A stretch of 64,000 nucleotides of DNA from Lachnospiraceae bacterium (GTDB lineage Bacteria > Bacillota > Clostridia > Lachnospirales > Lachnospiraceae), in contig JAEEVO010000001.1 of assembly GCA_016290905.1 (NCBI GenBank), positions 61,412 through 125,411 of the forward strand, read 5' to 3'. Below, in pieces: positions 37,465-46,154 of this stretch. The position numbers were made by a program, and so were the translations under genes. Every line of letters starts with the position of its first letter. Position 1 is the first letter of the stretch. The notes below the pieces were generated by a model that ran no database searches, was not told where the DNA came from, and was given only the letters and a program-made list of their open reading frames with translations.

Positions 37465-38832
37465 ATGCTGAAAAGAGTTGGAAATAAAGAAATAACTGAA
37501 GACGGTTCAGTGATAAGACTGGGGGATTCGGTTTTTCCCGCACCTTTTAAAAGCGGGCTTGAATATGCTTCGCCGGCAAGAGGAACTTGGAACATTGTAC
37601 ATACGGGTATGCTCGTCCCGGAAACACATGAGATATTCGTTTGCGCGGCAAGCTGTTTGAGGGGTGTGGTGCTTACGGCTGCAGAGATGGATGCCATGGA
37701 CAGATTTTCGACCGTTGAGGTACGCGAAAACAACCTATTGGAAGGAAATCTTGAGGAACTGTTGATCGATGGGGTAAGCGACATCATAGTAAAGCTTGGG
37801 CAAAAACCGCCCGCAGTTCTTGTTTACACAAGCTGTGTGCATCATTTTACGGGATGCGACTGGAAGGTCATGTTCGGAACTTTAAGAGAAAGGTTTCCGG
37901 ATATTGATTTTGTCGACTGCTATATGAACCCGACGTTGAGAAAGAGCGGGCTTACTCCGGATCAGATTATGCGTAGGCAGCTTTATTCACTGCTTAAACC
38001 TCGCAAAACGAACAGGAACGCTGCGGCAATAATAGGAAACGACCTGCCGACAAACAAGAACTCTGAGATTATTTCCGTTCTTAAGAAGTGCGGGATGAAG
38101 CTCCATGAGATAACCTCCTGCAAAACGTATGAAGAATACCAGGAGATGGCGGAGAGCAGTTTTTATATAAGCTATTATCCTTCCGCACGTGCGGGTGGGG
38201 ACGAACTTGAAAAGAGACTTGGCGGGAAACACATATATCTTTCTTACAGCTGGGATTATGATAAGATAACGGATGCTCTTAACCGGCTTGAAATGCTGAT
38301 GAGCGAAAACAAAGAAGATGATGCTTTTGAAAGCTTAAATGGATTTGTAAAAGAAAAGGCGGAATGCGAGAAGGCGTTTGACGAAGCCTTAAAGCTTATC
38401 GGGGATACTCCGATTGCGATAGATTACACATTTTGCCCGAGTATTACAACTGTTGCAAAAGCTCTCCTTGAACATGGCTTTAATGTCAGAAGGCTGTATG
38501 TGGACAGTTTCATAGGAGAAGAGAAGGAGGAATATAACTTCCTTAAGGAAAAATATCCCGAACTGATGCTTTATGCGACGGTCAATACCAAGTCAAGGTT
38601 CATGGCTCCGACCGGTGGCAGCGTGAGTGAAAAATGGCTTGCGATAGGTCAGAAAGCGGCATATTTCCTGGGTACGGAAAATTTTGTCAACATTGTCGAG
38701 GGCGGCGGCATGTTCGGTTTTGAGGCTGTGAAAGACACCTTGGAGCTTATGAAGGAAGCGTTTCTTAACGAAAAGGACATGAGAAAACTTGTACAGATAA
38801 AGGGTATGGGCTGCGGTTGCTGCGGTGAATGA
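37465..38832 (+). CDS. Nitrogenase component-1-type oxidoreductase, NifD/E-like subunit
   Basis: 455 aa. General Oxidored_nitro layout with Cys in IFVCAASCLRG and VYTSCVHHFTGCD. Unusual C-terminal GMGCGCCGE tail. Position directly after the NifH-like gene. Confidence 0.7.
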   Translation: MLKRVGNKEITEDGSVIRLGDSVFPAPFKSGLEYASPARGTWNIVHTGMLVPETHEIFVCAASCLRGVVLTAAEMDAMDRFSTVEVRENNLLEGNLEELLIDGVSDIIVKLGQKPPAVLVYTSCVHHFTGCDWKVMFGTLRERFPDIDFVDCYMNPTLRKSGLTPDQIMRRQLYSLLKPRKTNRNAAAIIGNDLPTNKNSEIISVLKKCGMKLHEITSCKTYEEYQEMAESSFYISYYPSARAGGDELEKRLGGKHIYLSYSWDYDKITDALNRLEMLMSENKEDDAFESLNGFVKEKAECEKAFDEALKLIGDTPIAIDYTFCPSITTVAKALLEHGFNVRRLYVDSFIGEEKEEYNFLKEKYPELMLYATVNTKSRFMAPTGGSVSEKWLAIGQKAAYFLGTENFVNIVEGGGMFGFEAVKDTLELMKEAFLNEKDMRKLVQIKGMGCGCCGE

Positions 38833-39976
38833 AAGGAGAAAGGATTTGAAACAGACTTCGGGATTTATATCCACGTATTCCGCTGATACATTCGGCGTAT
38901 GTTCGGCTTTGTTTGAGCTTGGCGGCATGGTGGTCATGCATGATGCTTCCGGATGTAACTCGACATATACGACGCATGATGAGCCGCGCTGGTATGATAT
39001 GGACAGCATGGTCTATATTTCCGGACTTACTGAGATAGAAGCGATAATGGGTGATGATGCAAAACTGATAGCAGATATTACGGAAGCGGCAAAAGAACTC
39101 AGTCCCAGATTCATTGCCATAGTGGGAACACCGATCCCCGCCATGACGGGCTTTGATTTTGACGCTGCCTCGGCAGTGATAACGGCTGAAACCGGGATAC
39201 CGGCGTACGGTTTTAAGACTACCGGTATGAGATCGTATATTTACGGAGCCGGAGAGGCATTCCTTAGGATTGCCGACTGTATGGTAAACAGGAATATAAC
39301 AAGATCGGAGAATCAGTCGGTGAATATCCTTGGGCTCACACCTCTTGATTTTTCGATAAACAAAAGTGCGGAATCCATTATCGGTCATTATGCGAAAAAG
39401 GGATATGATATCATTTCGACATGGGCCATGGGGTGCACGTTGGAGGATATGAAAAAAGCAGGAGGCGCGCATATGAATCTGGTTGTTTCCGAGACGGGAC
39501 TCCCGGCGGCCGTGCGATTAAAGGAACTGTTTGGTACGCCTTATTCGGTAGGTGTACCCGTTGGAGGAGAGGATATCGATATAACGGACATGTATCCGGC
39601 AGGAGATCCGGAAAAGAACAGATCGGCTGTTTTTTCGTCAGGAGACGGGGATGTTAAGGTGCTGATAATAGGTGAGGGCGTTTCCTCAAAATCACTTGCT
39701 AAATACCTGAATATAAAGACAGGCAGGAGCGTTGCTTCACTTACCGCCACAGACTTAAGCGAGGATGAGATATCAGAGACGATAAACGGTTATAAGAACC
39801 TGGAAACGGTTATCGCAGATCCGCTTTTTAAACCTTTGTGCAAATCATACGGAGATGAAAAAGGGATGAGCTTTGTCTCTCTTCCTCATGAAGCGTTTTC
39901 GGGAAGATTGTACAGGAAAGACATACCGGATCTTATAAAAGATGCAAACGAAATACTTAAAAGTATTCGGAAATAA
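38825..39976 (+). CDS. Nitrogenase component-1-type oxidoreductase, NifK/N-like subunit
   Basis: 383 aa from GTG 38825. The alternative TTG 38846 lies 7 nt after an AGGAG RBS and is at least as likely. ADTFGVCSALFELGGMVVMHDASGCNSTY and AIVGTPIPAMTGFD resemble the NifK/NifN/BchB-type N-terminal regions. Confidence 0.65.
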   Translation: MNERRKDLKQTSGFISTYSADTFGVCSALFELGGMVVMHDASGCNSTYTTHDEPRWYDMDSMVYISGLTEIEAIMGDDAKLIADITEAAKELSPRFIAIVGTPIPAMTGFDFDAASAVITAETGIPAYGFKTTGMRSYIYGAGEAFLRIADCMVNRNITRSENQSVNILGLTPLDFSINKSAESIIGHYAKKGYDIISTWAMGCTLEDMKKAGGAHMNLVVSETGLPAAVRLKELFGTPYSVGVPVGGEDIDITDMYPAGDPEKNRSAVFSSGDGDVKVLIIGEGVSSKSLAKYLNIKTGRSVASLTATDLSEDEISETINGYKNLETVIADPLFKPLCKSYGDEKGMSFVSLPHEAFSGRLYRKDIPDLIKDANEILKSIRK

Positions 39977-40002
39977 AAAACAAATTACAAGGAGATAATG
40001 AA

Positions 40003-41133
40003 ATGAAGAAACTATTGGCATTATTACTGGTATTAACGCTGTCTTTGGGAATTACGGCATGTTCATCGGAAGAAAAAAAAGAACCTGCCGCAGCGGAAGG
40101 AAAACATGTGGTAACGGATCATGCGGGAAATCAGGTTGAGGTTCCGAACACGATCAACCGTATAGTTGTTGCGGATATTTATCCGATGGCATCGGTGCTT
40201 ACGGTATTCTTTGATTCGGCAGAGAAGATCGTAGGAATGGCACCTCCATGTATGAGTGCCGCAAAGAACGGGCTTTTGGGAGAGCTTTATCCCGAAATCT
40301 TAAATGCAAAGACGGATTTCATCGACGGTACGAACGTTAATGTCGAGGAGCTGATGAAGCTCAATCCCGATATCGTATTCTACAGTGCCGGAAGCAAGGA
40401 GGAAGGCGAGGTTTACAAGAATGCCGGCATACCCGCAATTGCCATTTCTCCCGGAAAATGGGGTTATGATGCAATAGAGACTTTAAACCAGTGGATTGAT
40501 ACACTTGTTCAGTTATTTCCCGAAAACAACAAGTCGAAAACCGTAAGGGAGTATTCGGAAAATACATATAAGCTTGTTCAGGACAGAGTAAAGGATCTTT
40601 CCGCCGATAAAAAGGTTAAGGCATTTTTCCTGTTCCAGTATTCCGATTCGAATATTATGACCAGCGGAAAGAAGTTTTTCGGTCAGTGGTGGTGTGACGC
40701 CATCGGTGCGGTGAATGCTGCCGAAGAGCTTGAAAACGACAACTCCGTAGCCGTAAACATGGAACAGATTTATTCGTGGAATCCCGAGATGATCTTCATC
40801 ACGAATTTTAATACGGCATCTCCCGACAATCTGTACAATAACTCGATAGGAAATTATGACTGGAGTGAGATCAATGCGGTAAAGAACAAAAAGGTTTATA
40901 AGATGCCGCTCGGGATGTACAGGAGCTATACCTGCGGAGTTGATACGCCCGTAACGCTTCTCTGGCTGGCAAAGACAGCTTATCCGGATCTTTTTGAGGA
41001 TATAAACATAACTGATGAGACAGTAAAATACTATAAAGAAGTCTTTGGTATAACGCTTACGAACGATCAGGCGGAAAAGATATTTAAACCCGTGAGCGAA
41101 GCGGGAACAGGTTTTGCGGGAAACGGAAAATAA
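40003..41133 (+). CDS. Metal-chelate ABC importer substrate-binding lipoprotein (FhuD/BtuF/HmuT-type periplasmic binding protein)
   Basis: 376 aa. Lipobox LGITAC. RIVVADIYP...PDIVFYS...PEMIFITN pattern of PBP class III (PF01497-like). Confidence 0.8.
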   Translation: MKKLLALLLVLTLSLGITACSSEEKKEPAAAEGKHVVTDHAGNQVEVPNTINRIVVADIYPMASVLTVFFDSAEKIVGMAPPCMSAAKNGLLGELYPEILNAKTDFIDGTNVNVEELMKLNPDIVFYSAGSKEEGEVYKNAGIPAIAISPGKWGYDAIETLNQWIDTLVQLFPENNKSKTVREYSENTYKLVQDRVKDLSADKKVKAFFLFQYSDSNIMTSGKKFFGQWWCDAIGAVNAAEELENDNSVAVNMEQIYSWNPEMIFITNFNTASPDNLYNNSIGNYDWSEINAVKNKKVYKMPLGMYRSYTCGVDTPVTLLWLAKTAYPDLFEDINITDETVKYYKEVFGITLTNDQAEKIFKPVSEAGTGFAGNGK

Positions 41134-41141
41134 TGGTTTTC

Positions 41142-41183
41142 GGAGTCACAAAGGAGCATAATCCTTGTGACTCCTATATTTTT
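41142..41183 (+). terminator. Intrinsic terminator ending the nitrogenase-like/ABC operon
   Basis: GGAGTCACAAAGGA / TCCTTGTGACTCC 13-bp stem (one bulge) followed by TATATTTTT, 9 nt after the stop. Confidence 0.65.
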
Positions 41184-41184
41184 C

Positions 41185-41213
41185 TTGACATTTTTTGATT
41201 ATGACTGTAAAAT
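41185..41213 (+). promoter_or_regulatory. SigA-type promoter candidate for comFB-like gene
   Basis: TTGACA, 17 nt spacer, TAAAAT. Confidence 0.5.
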
Positions 41214-41292
41214 GAAATTCGGATCCTTGGGGAAACTTAAACGTACTGACAGTTTGCCGATAAAGATTACCCTTTTGTATAGAGGTGAAAAA

Positions 41293-41565
41293 ATGGCTGT
41301 TTTGGTAAAAAACATTATGGAAAAACTGGTAATAGATAAATTGGATCAGATGATGCCAAGTCTTGGCTGCTGTTCCTGTGATATCTGTAAGACCGATATC
41401 CTGTGCTATGCATTGAACAGGATAAAACCCAAGTATGTTTCTACCGAACAGGGTGAACTCCTTTCAAGAGTTGATTCCATAAGTGTCAGTTACGGAGCTG
41501 CGATCATGACAGAGCTTGTTGCAGGCGCTGAGATTGTCAGAAAAAATCCCCGTCACAAAGTATAA
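41293..41565 (+). CDS. ComFB-family (late competence development protein ComFB-like) small protein
   Basis: 90 aa from ATG 41293 (AGAGGTG RBS). NIMEKLVIDKLDQMMPSLGCCSCDICKTDILCYALNRIKPKYV is the ComFB Cys-motif region. Confidence 0.7.
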   Translation: MAVLVKNIMEKLVIDKLDQMMPSLGCCSCDICKTDILCYALNRIKPKYVSTEQGELLSRVDSISVSYGAAIMTELVAGAEIVRKNPRHKV

Positions 41566-41725
41566 ATTTAAGTGATACAAGACCATATATTGTCTTTGTC
41601 TGGATCTGTTCGCATTATAGACCGATCGTATCGGTTGGTCTTATCATTGATATCTGAGATATAACCTGATTGTATTTAGATCTTTATAAGATTCCCTATA
41701 AAAACATTTGAATGGAGATAGGTTT

Positions 41726-43297
41726 ATGGATTATACTTCTATGACTGTCGCACAACTTCGTGGTATTGCAAAAGAAAAAGGCGTTAAAAAGGCAACCTCT
41801 CTTAAGAAACAGGAACTTTTGAACGCACTTAACGAACTTGAAGAACAGAAAAATGCCGCTGAGATAAAAGAGGCTTCAGCAGTCCTTGAAGCGACTGCCG
41901 CTGTAGCATCAGGCGGGATGTCGGACAAAGAAGCGGAAAATGATAACGATAAGATTGAAATCGATACGGAAAGCATAGAAAGTGACGCGGCTTTGGCAGA
42001 CGCGTCGGAAGATTCCTATGAAGAGGACTATGATGAAGAGCCTGCAGTAAATATAGTTAATGAGGAAGGACCGGAGGCGGAAGTAAACGGAAACGTTTCC
42101 GAAGAAAACGGGGAACAGGCATCATCCGGAGAGGAAACTCAACTGAGGAAAAAGGAAACTTTCGGTTATAACAGGGGAGATACAAAAGAGGGTATCCTGG
42201 AGATCATGCCGGACGGATACGGTTTTATAAGAAACATGGACTGCCTTCCGAGTGATATGGATGTTTATGTCGGTCGTGAGCAGATAAGGAAGATGAACCT
42301 TAGAAAGGGCGACCTTATCGTATGTCTCGTAAAGCAGAAGATACAGGGCGAAAAATTTAATGCCATGCTTTACTGTAAGACCGTAAACGGATTAAGACCT
42401 TACGAGGATGGCAGAAGGCCGAAATTTGAGAATCTTACACCGATATTCCCTCATGAGAGGATCAGGCTGGAAACTCCCGGGTGTTCTCCCGCTATGAGGA
42501 TAATGGATATCCTGTCCCCTATAGGAAAGGGACAGAGAGGTATGATCGTTTCACAGCCGAAAGCAGGAAAGACTACCCTTTTAAAGCAGATAGCAAATGC
42601 CATAACAACAAACAATCCCGAGATACAGCTTCTCATACTGCTTATTGATGAGCGTCCCGAGGAGGTTACCGACATAAAGGAATCTATCGAGGGAGAGAAT
42701 GTTACCGTAATCTACTCAACATTTGACGAGACACCCGATAACCACAAGAGAGTTGCCGAGATGGTTATTGAGAGAGCAAAGAGAATGGTGGAGCAGAAAA
42801 AGGATGTTGTTATCCTTCTTGACAGTATCACGCGTCTTGCACGTGCATATAATCTTACCTGTACTGCAAGCGGAAGGACTCTTTCCGGCGGTCTCGATCC
42901 GGCGGCTCTTCATATGCCGAAGAAGTTCTTCGGTGCGGCAAGATGTATGAGAGAAGGCGGCAGTCTTACCATTCTTGCGACCGCGCTTGTTGAAACCGGA
43001 AGCCGTATGGACGATGTTGTATTTGAAGAATTTAAGGGAACCGGCAATATGGAGCTTGTTCTTGACAGGAATCTTTCCGAAAAGAGGATATTCCCTGCTA
43101 TAAATCTTCCAAAGTCAAGCACGCGCCGGGATGATCTGCTGCTTACCCAGGATGAGCAGGAGGCTAATGAAATAATCCGACATGCGTTTAACTCCGGAAG
43201 GGCCGAAAGCGTCGTAGAGAAGATAATCAGCGTATTTTCGAGAACGAGAAACAACAAAGAGTTCTGCGGTATGGTAAAGAAGACAAAGCTCTTATAA
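41726..43297 (+). CDS. rho: Transcription termination factor Rho with acidic N-terminal insertion domain
   Basis: Rho_N MTVAQLRGIAKEKGV..., about 110-aa D/E-rich insert, CSD-like GILEIMPDGYGFIR, Walker A PKAGKTT, Walker B LLIDERPEEV. Confidence 0.95.
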   Translation: MDYTSMTVAQLRGIAKEKGVKKATSLKKQELLNALNELEEQKNAAEIKEASAVLEATAAVASGGMSDKEAENDNDKIEIDTESIESDAALADASEDSYEEDYDEEPAVNIVNEEGPEAEVNGNVSEENGEQASSGEETQLRKKETFGYNRGDTKEGILEIMPDGYGFIRNMDCLPSDMDVYVGREQIRKMNLRKGDLIVCLVKQKIQGEKFNAMLYCKTVNGLRPYEDGRRPKFENLTPIFPHERIRLETPGCSPAMRIMDILSPIGKGQRGMIVSQPKAGKTTLLKQIANAITTNNPEIQLLILLIDERPEEVTDIKESIEGENVTVIYSTFDETPDNHKRVAEMVIERAKRMVEQKKDVVILLDSITRLARAYNLTCTASGRTLSGGLDPAALHMPKKFFGAARCMREGGSLTILATALVETGSRMDDVVFEEFKGTGNMELVLDRNLSEKRIFPAINLPKSSTRRDDLLLTQDEQEANEIIRHAFNSGRAESVVEKIISVFSRTRNNKEFCGMVKKTKLL

Positions 43298-43325
43298 AAA
43301 TCTTTGTGAAAAATCAAAAAATTTC

Positions 43326-43354
43326 TTGCATTTTTCATCTGAGCGTGATATAAT
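43326..43354 (+). promoter_or_regulatory. SigA-type promoter candidate for rpmE (extended -10)
   Basis: TTGCAT, 17 nt spacer ending in TGA, TATAAT. Confidence 0.5.
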
Positions 43355-43409
43355 CTGTTTCACTGTGTATCTGAAAGATAAGAAAATCAGTAAAAGATGA
43401 GGTGAAAAA

Positions 43410-43616
43410 ATGAGAGAGAATGTACAGCCTACATATTATCAGGCAAAAGTTACATGTAACTGCGGTAACGAGTTCGTGACCGGTTCTACAAAGAAGGAAA
43501 TCCACGTAGAAATCTGTTCAAAGTGCCATCCTTTCTATACAGGACAGCAGAAGTCAGTTCAGGCTCGTGGTGCTATTGATAAGTTCAACCGTAAGTATGG
43601 TCTGGGAAATAATTAG
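43410..43616 (+). CDS. rpmE: 50S ribosomal protein L31 (Cys-containing type A)
   Basis: 68 aa. QPTYYQAKVTCNCGNEF...CSKCHPFYTGQQK. Confidence 0.95.
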   Translation: MRENVQPTYYQAKVTCNCGNEFVTGSTKKEIHVEICSKCHPFYTGQQKSVQARGAIDKFNRKYGLGNN

Positions 43617-43634
43617 AATTTATCACTGAAGATT

Positions 43635-43668
43635 AAAGGTTGAGGTTATATTTTGCCTCAGCCTTTTT
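43635..43668 (+). terminator. Intrinsic terminator of rpmE
   Basis: AAAGGTTGAGG ... CCTCAGCCTTT stem followed by TTT. Confidence 0.6.
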
Positions 43669-43735
43669 GGTTTATAATCGGTAATGAGAGAGAAAAACAT
43701 TTCATTACACATATCTACAGGAGGAAGGAAAGCTC

Positions 43736-45166
43736 ATGAAAGCATCCGGAATAGGTGGACAGGCTCTTATGGAAGGCGTTATGATGAAAAACGGTAACCA
43801 TTATGCCTGCGCGGTTAGAAAGCCCGACGGAACCATAGAAGTGGATGACCAGCATACCACTTCCATAGGAGACAAATATAAGATATTTAAGCTTCCCATT
43901 ATCAGAGGCGTTGTTACGTTCATAGAGTCGCTGACCATTGGTGTGAAGACTCTTACCTGGTCCGCAAGCTTTTTCGAAGAAGATGAAGAAACAGACAAGA
44001 AGGATAAGGAAGCTGAAATTAAGATAAATACCGATGAGACCGGCGAACAGCTGCCCGGACAGAATGCGGAACAGGAAAATACGGCTGAAGCTGTGCAGCA
44101 GCAGTCATCACAGATAAATAAAGCACCCAAGAAGGAAAAGAAAAAGGGTGAAGGTCTTATGATGGCGCTTCTGGTCGTACTGGCAATAGTTTTTGCCGTC
44201 GGACTGTTTATGATCCTGCCGTATTTCATATCTACATTATTAAAGAAGGTCATAGAATCGCAGCTCCTTCTTGCAACAATCGAAGGACTTATACGTATAA
44301 CACTGTTTATCGGCTATGTTGCAGCCATCTCATGCATGAAGGATATAAGAAGGGTGTTCATGTATCACGGAGCTGAGCACAAGTCCATCAACTGCGTTGA
44401 AAACGGATATGAGCTTACCGTCGAGAATGTCAGGAAATGCTCAAAAGAACACAAAAGATGCGGAACGAGCTTTATACTTATAGTAATGGTTTTCAGTATC
44501 ATACTGTTCATGTTTGTAAGATTTGATTCGACAATACTGATGGTAGCGGGCAGACTGATACTGATACCCCTTATTGCAGGTCTTTCATATGAATTCCTGC
44601 GGCTTGCCGGAAGATCCGACAACAAGGTCATTAACATATTGAGCAAGCCGGGTCTTTGCCTGCAGAAGCTCACAACCCGTGAGCCCGACGATTCCATGAT
44701 CGAATGTGCAATTGCTTCCGTAGAGGCGGTTTTTGACTGGAAGGAGTTCCAGGAAAAATTAAAAGCTGAGGAAGAAGAGGCAAGGCAGAGCAAGGAGTCA
44801 CAGAAGGCAAGGAGAAGAAAGGAACGCGCCGAGGAAATACGTTTGAGACGTGAGGCCAGGGGCATAATCGATACTGAGCTTTCCGAGGAAAAGATCAGGG
44901 AAATCGATGCAGAGGCTGATAAACTTGCAGAAAAGGACTTAAACGATTTTGATTTTTCCGAGTCATTGGCACGTGATGCAGCCGAAAAAGCAAGAAATCT
45001 TTCCGAAGGTAAGGAAGAAGATAAGGAACAGGCTTCCGGCGGTATGAAGGAATCGGAAGAGGAGATACTTGCCGACATAGAGAGCAGACTTGAACAGGAG
45101 ACGCCGTCGGAAGAGGACGAGGATGATAAAGTTCTGAAAGCTCTCAATAAGATATATGATAAATAA
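43736..45166 (+). CDS. DUF1385-domain membrane protein (prmC-associated) with K/E-rich insert and C-terminal extension
   Basis: MKASGIGGQALMEGVMMKN and YHGAEHKSINC motifs typical of DUF1385. Conserved position upstream of prmC-prfA. Confidence 0.8.
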   Translation: MKASGIGGQALMEGVMMKNGNHYACAVRKPDGTIEVDDQHTTSIGDKYKIFKLPIIRGVVTFIESLTIGVKTLTWSASFFEEDEETDKKDKEAEIKINTDETGEQLPGQNAEQENTAEAVQQQSSQINKAPKKEKKKGEGLMMALLVVLAIVFAVGLFMILPYFISTLLKKVIESQLLLATIEGLIRITLFIGYVAAISCMKDIRRVFMYHGAEHKSINCVENGYELTVENVRKCSKEHKRCGTSFILIVMVFSIILFMFVRFDSTILMVAGRLILIPLIAGLSYEFLRLAGRSDNKVINILSKPGLCLQKLTTREPDDSMIECAIASVEAVFDWKEFQEKLKAEEEEARQSKESQKARRRKERAEEIRLRREARGIIDTELSEEKIREIDAEADKLAEKDLNDFDFSESLARDAAEKARNLSEGKEEDKEQASGGMKESEEEILADIESRLEQETPSEEDEDDKVLKALNKIYDK

Positions 45167-45175
45167 GGGGTAGAG

Positions 45176-46153
45176 ATGCGGTATTCCGATGCAAAGAAAA
45201 AAGCTGCCGAAGAATTGAAGGCGGCAGGGATAGAAGAAGCCGGAACGGATGCCGAGTATCTTCTCCTTGAAGCGACGGGACTTGAAAGAAGCAGTCTTTT
45301 TGTGAAGCTTTTTGAAGAAATGCCCGAAACGGAAGCCGGCGTATTTGACCGGCTTGTAAAGAGAAGATGTATGCACGAACCTCTGCAGTACATAGTCGGA
45401 AGCCAGGAATTCATGGGCTTTGATTTCGTGGTTACTCCTGATGTACTGATCCCAAGGTTTGACACGGAAATACTGGCAGAACATGCAATAAAAAGGAGTG
45501 TGTCAGCCATACGTTCTCTGCTCATGGAGAATGAAGGAGGCAAGGGAAAAAACGGATTCAGGATCCTCGATCTTTGTACGGGGAGTGGGTGCGTAGCCGT
45601 ATCTGTCGGATTGGGGAGCACAGGGGAACTTATGCGTGACAAGGCATTGTTAAGCAGGCTTGACGGTTTTTCTATCTCGGTTACGGGGAGCGATATTTCG
45701 CCGGCAGCGGTTAACCTTGCCCAAAAGAATCTGGAGATTAACCGGAAATCTTTATCTGACGTGGAAGAGAGTTCTGTAGAGTGCAGCATAAGCTTTCTGG
45801 AAAGCGACCTTTTTAAGGAAATCAGCGGTACATTTCATTTGATCACCGCAAATCCTCCGTATATAGTAAGAGATGAGATAAAGCAGCTTATGCCGGAGAT
45901 AACCGAGCATGAGCCGTATATTGCTCTTGACGGCGGAGATGACGGCATGGACTTTTATCGCAGGATATGTGAGAACGCACCGGGATATCTTGTTCCGGGA
46001 GGACGTCTGATTATGGAGTTTGATGACTCACAGGCTGAACCCGTAGGGGAAATGATGAGGCAGGCGGGATTTACGGATATTGAGGTACATCGTGATCTTG
46101 CCGGCTTAAGACGTGTTATCGAGGGAGTTTTTCCTGCTGATTTGGAGAAATAA
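45176..46153 (+). CDS. prmC: Peptide chain release factor N5-glutamine methyltransferase
   Basis: [26 protein letters not shown] and the NPPY motif (ITANPPYI). Confidence 0.9.
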   Translation: MRYSDAKKKAAEELKAAGIEEAGTDAEYLLLEATGLERSSLFVKLFEEMPETEAGVFDRLVKRRCMHEPLQYIVGSQEFMGFDFVVTPDVLIPRFDTEILAEHAIKRSVSAIRSLLMENEGGKGKNGFRILDLCTGSGCVAVSVGLGSTGELMRDKALLSRLDGFSISVTGSDISPAAVNLAQKNLEINRKSLSDVEESSVECSISFLESDLFKEISGTFHLITANPPYIVRDEIKQLMPEITEHEPYIALDGGDDGMDFYRRICENAPGYLVPGGRLIMEFDDSQAEPVGEMMRQAGFTDIEVHRDLAGLRRVIEGVFPADLEK

Positions 46154-46154
46154 A

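Noticed and set aside
37152-39472. Minus-strand ORFs 37152..37787 and 38765..39472 (211 and 235 aa)
   Set aside because: They are antisense to the NifH-like, NifD-like and NifK-like genes, which carry clear family motifs. They are shadow ORFs.
36609-39976. A genuine Mo/V/Fe nitrogenase (N2 fixation) locus
   Set aside because: The D- and K-like subunits are much shorter than NifD/NifK. No nifB/E/N/V/X, PII or Mo-transport genes lie in the 64 kb. The genes are embedded in a FecCD-type importer operon. Nitrogenase-like (group IV-type) paralog is the better reading.
44365-45789. A 474-aa Ser/Leu-rich ORF on the minus strand
   Set aside because: It is entirely antisense to the well-supported DUF1385 3' end and prmC. 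The Ser-rich composition is the expected mirror of GAA/GAG/AAG-rich sense codons.
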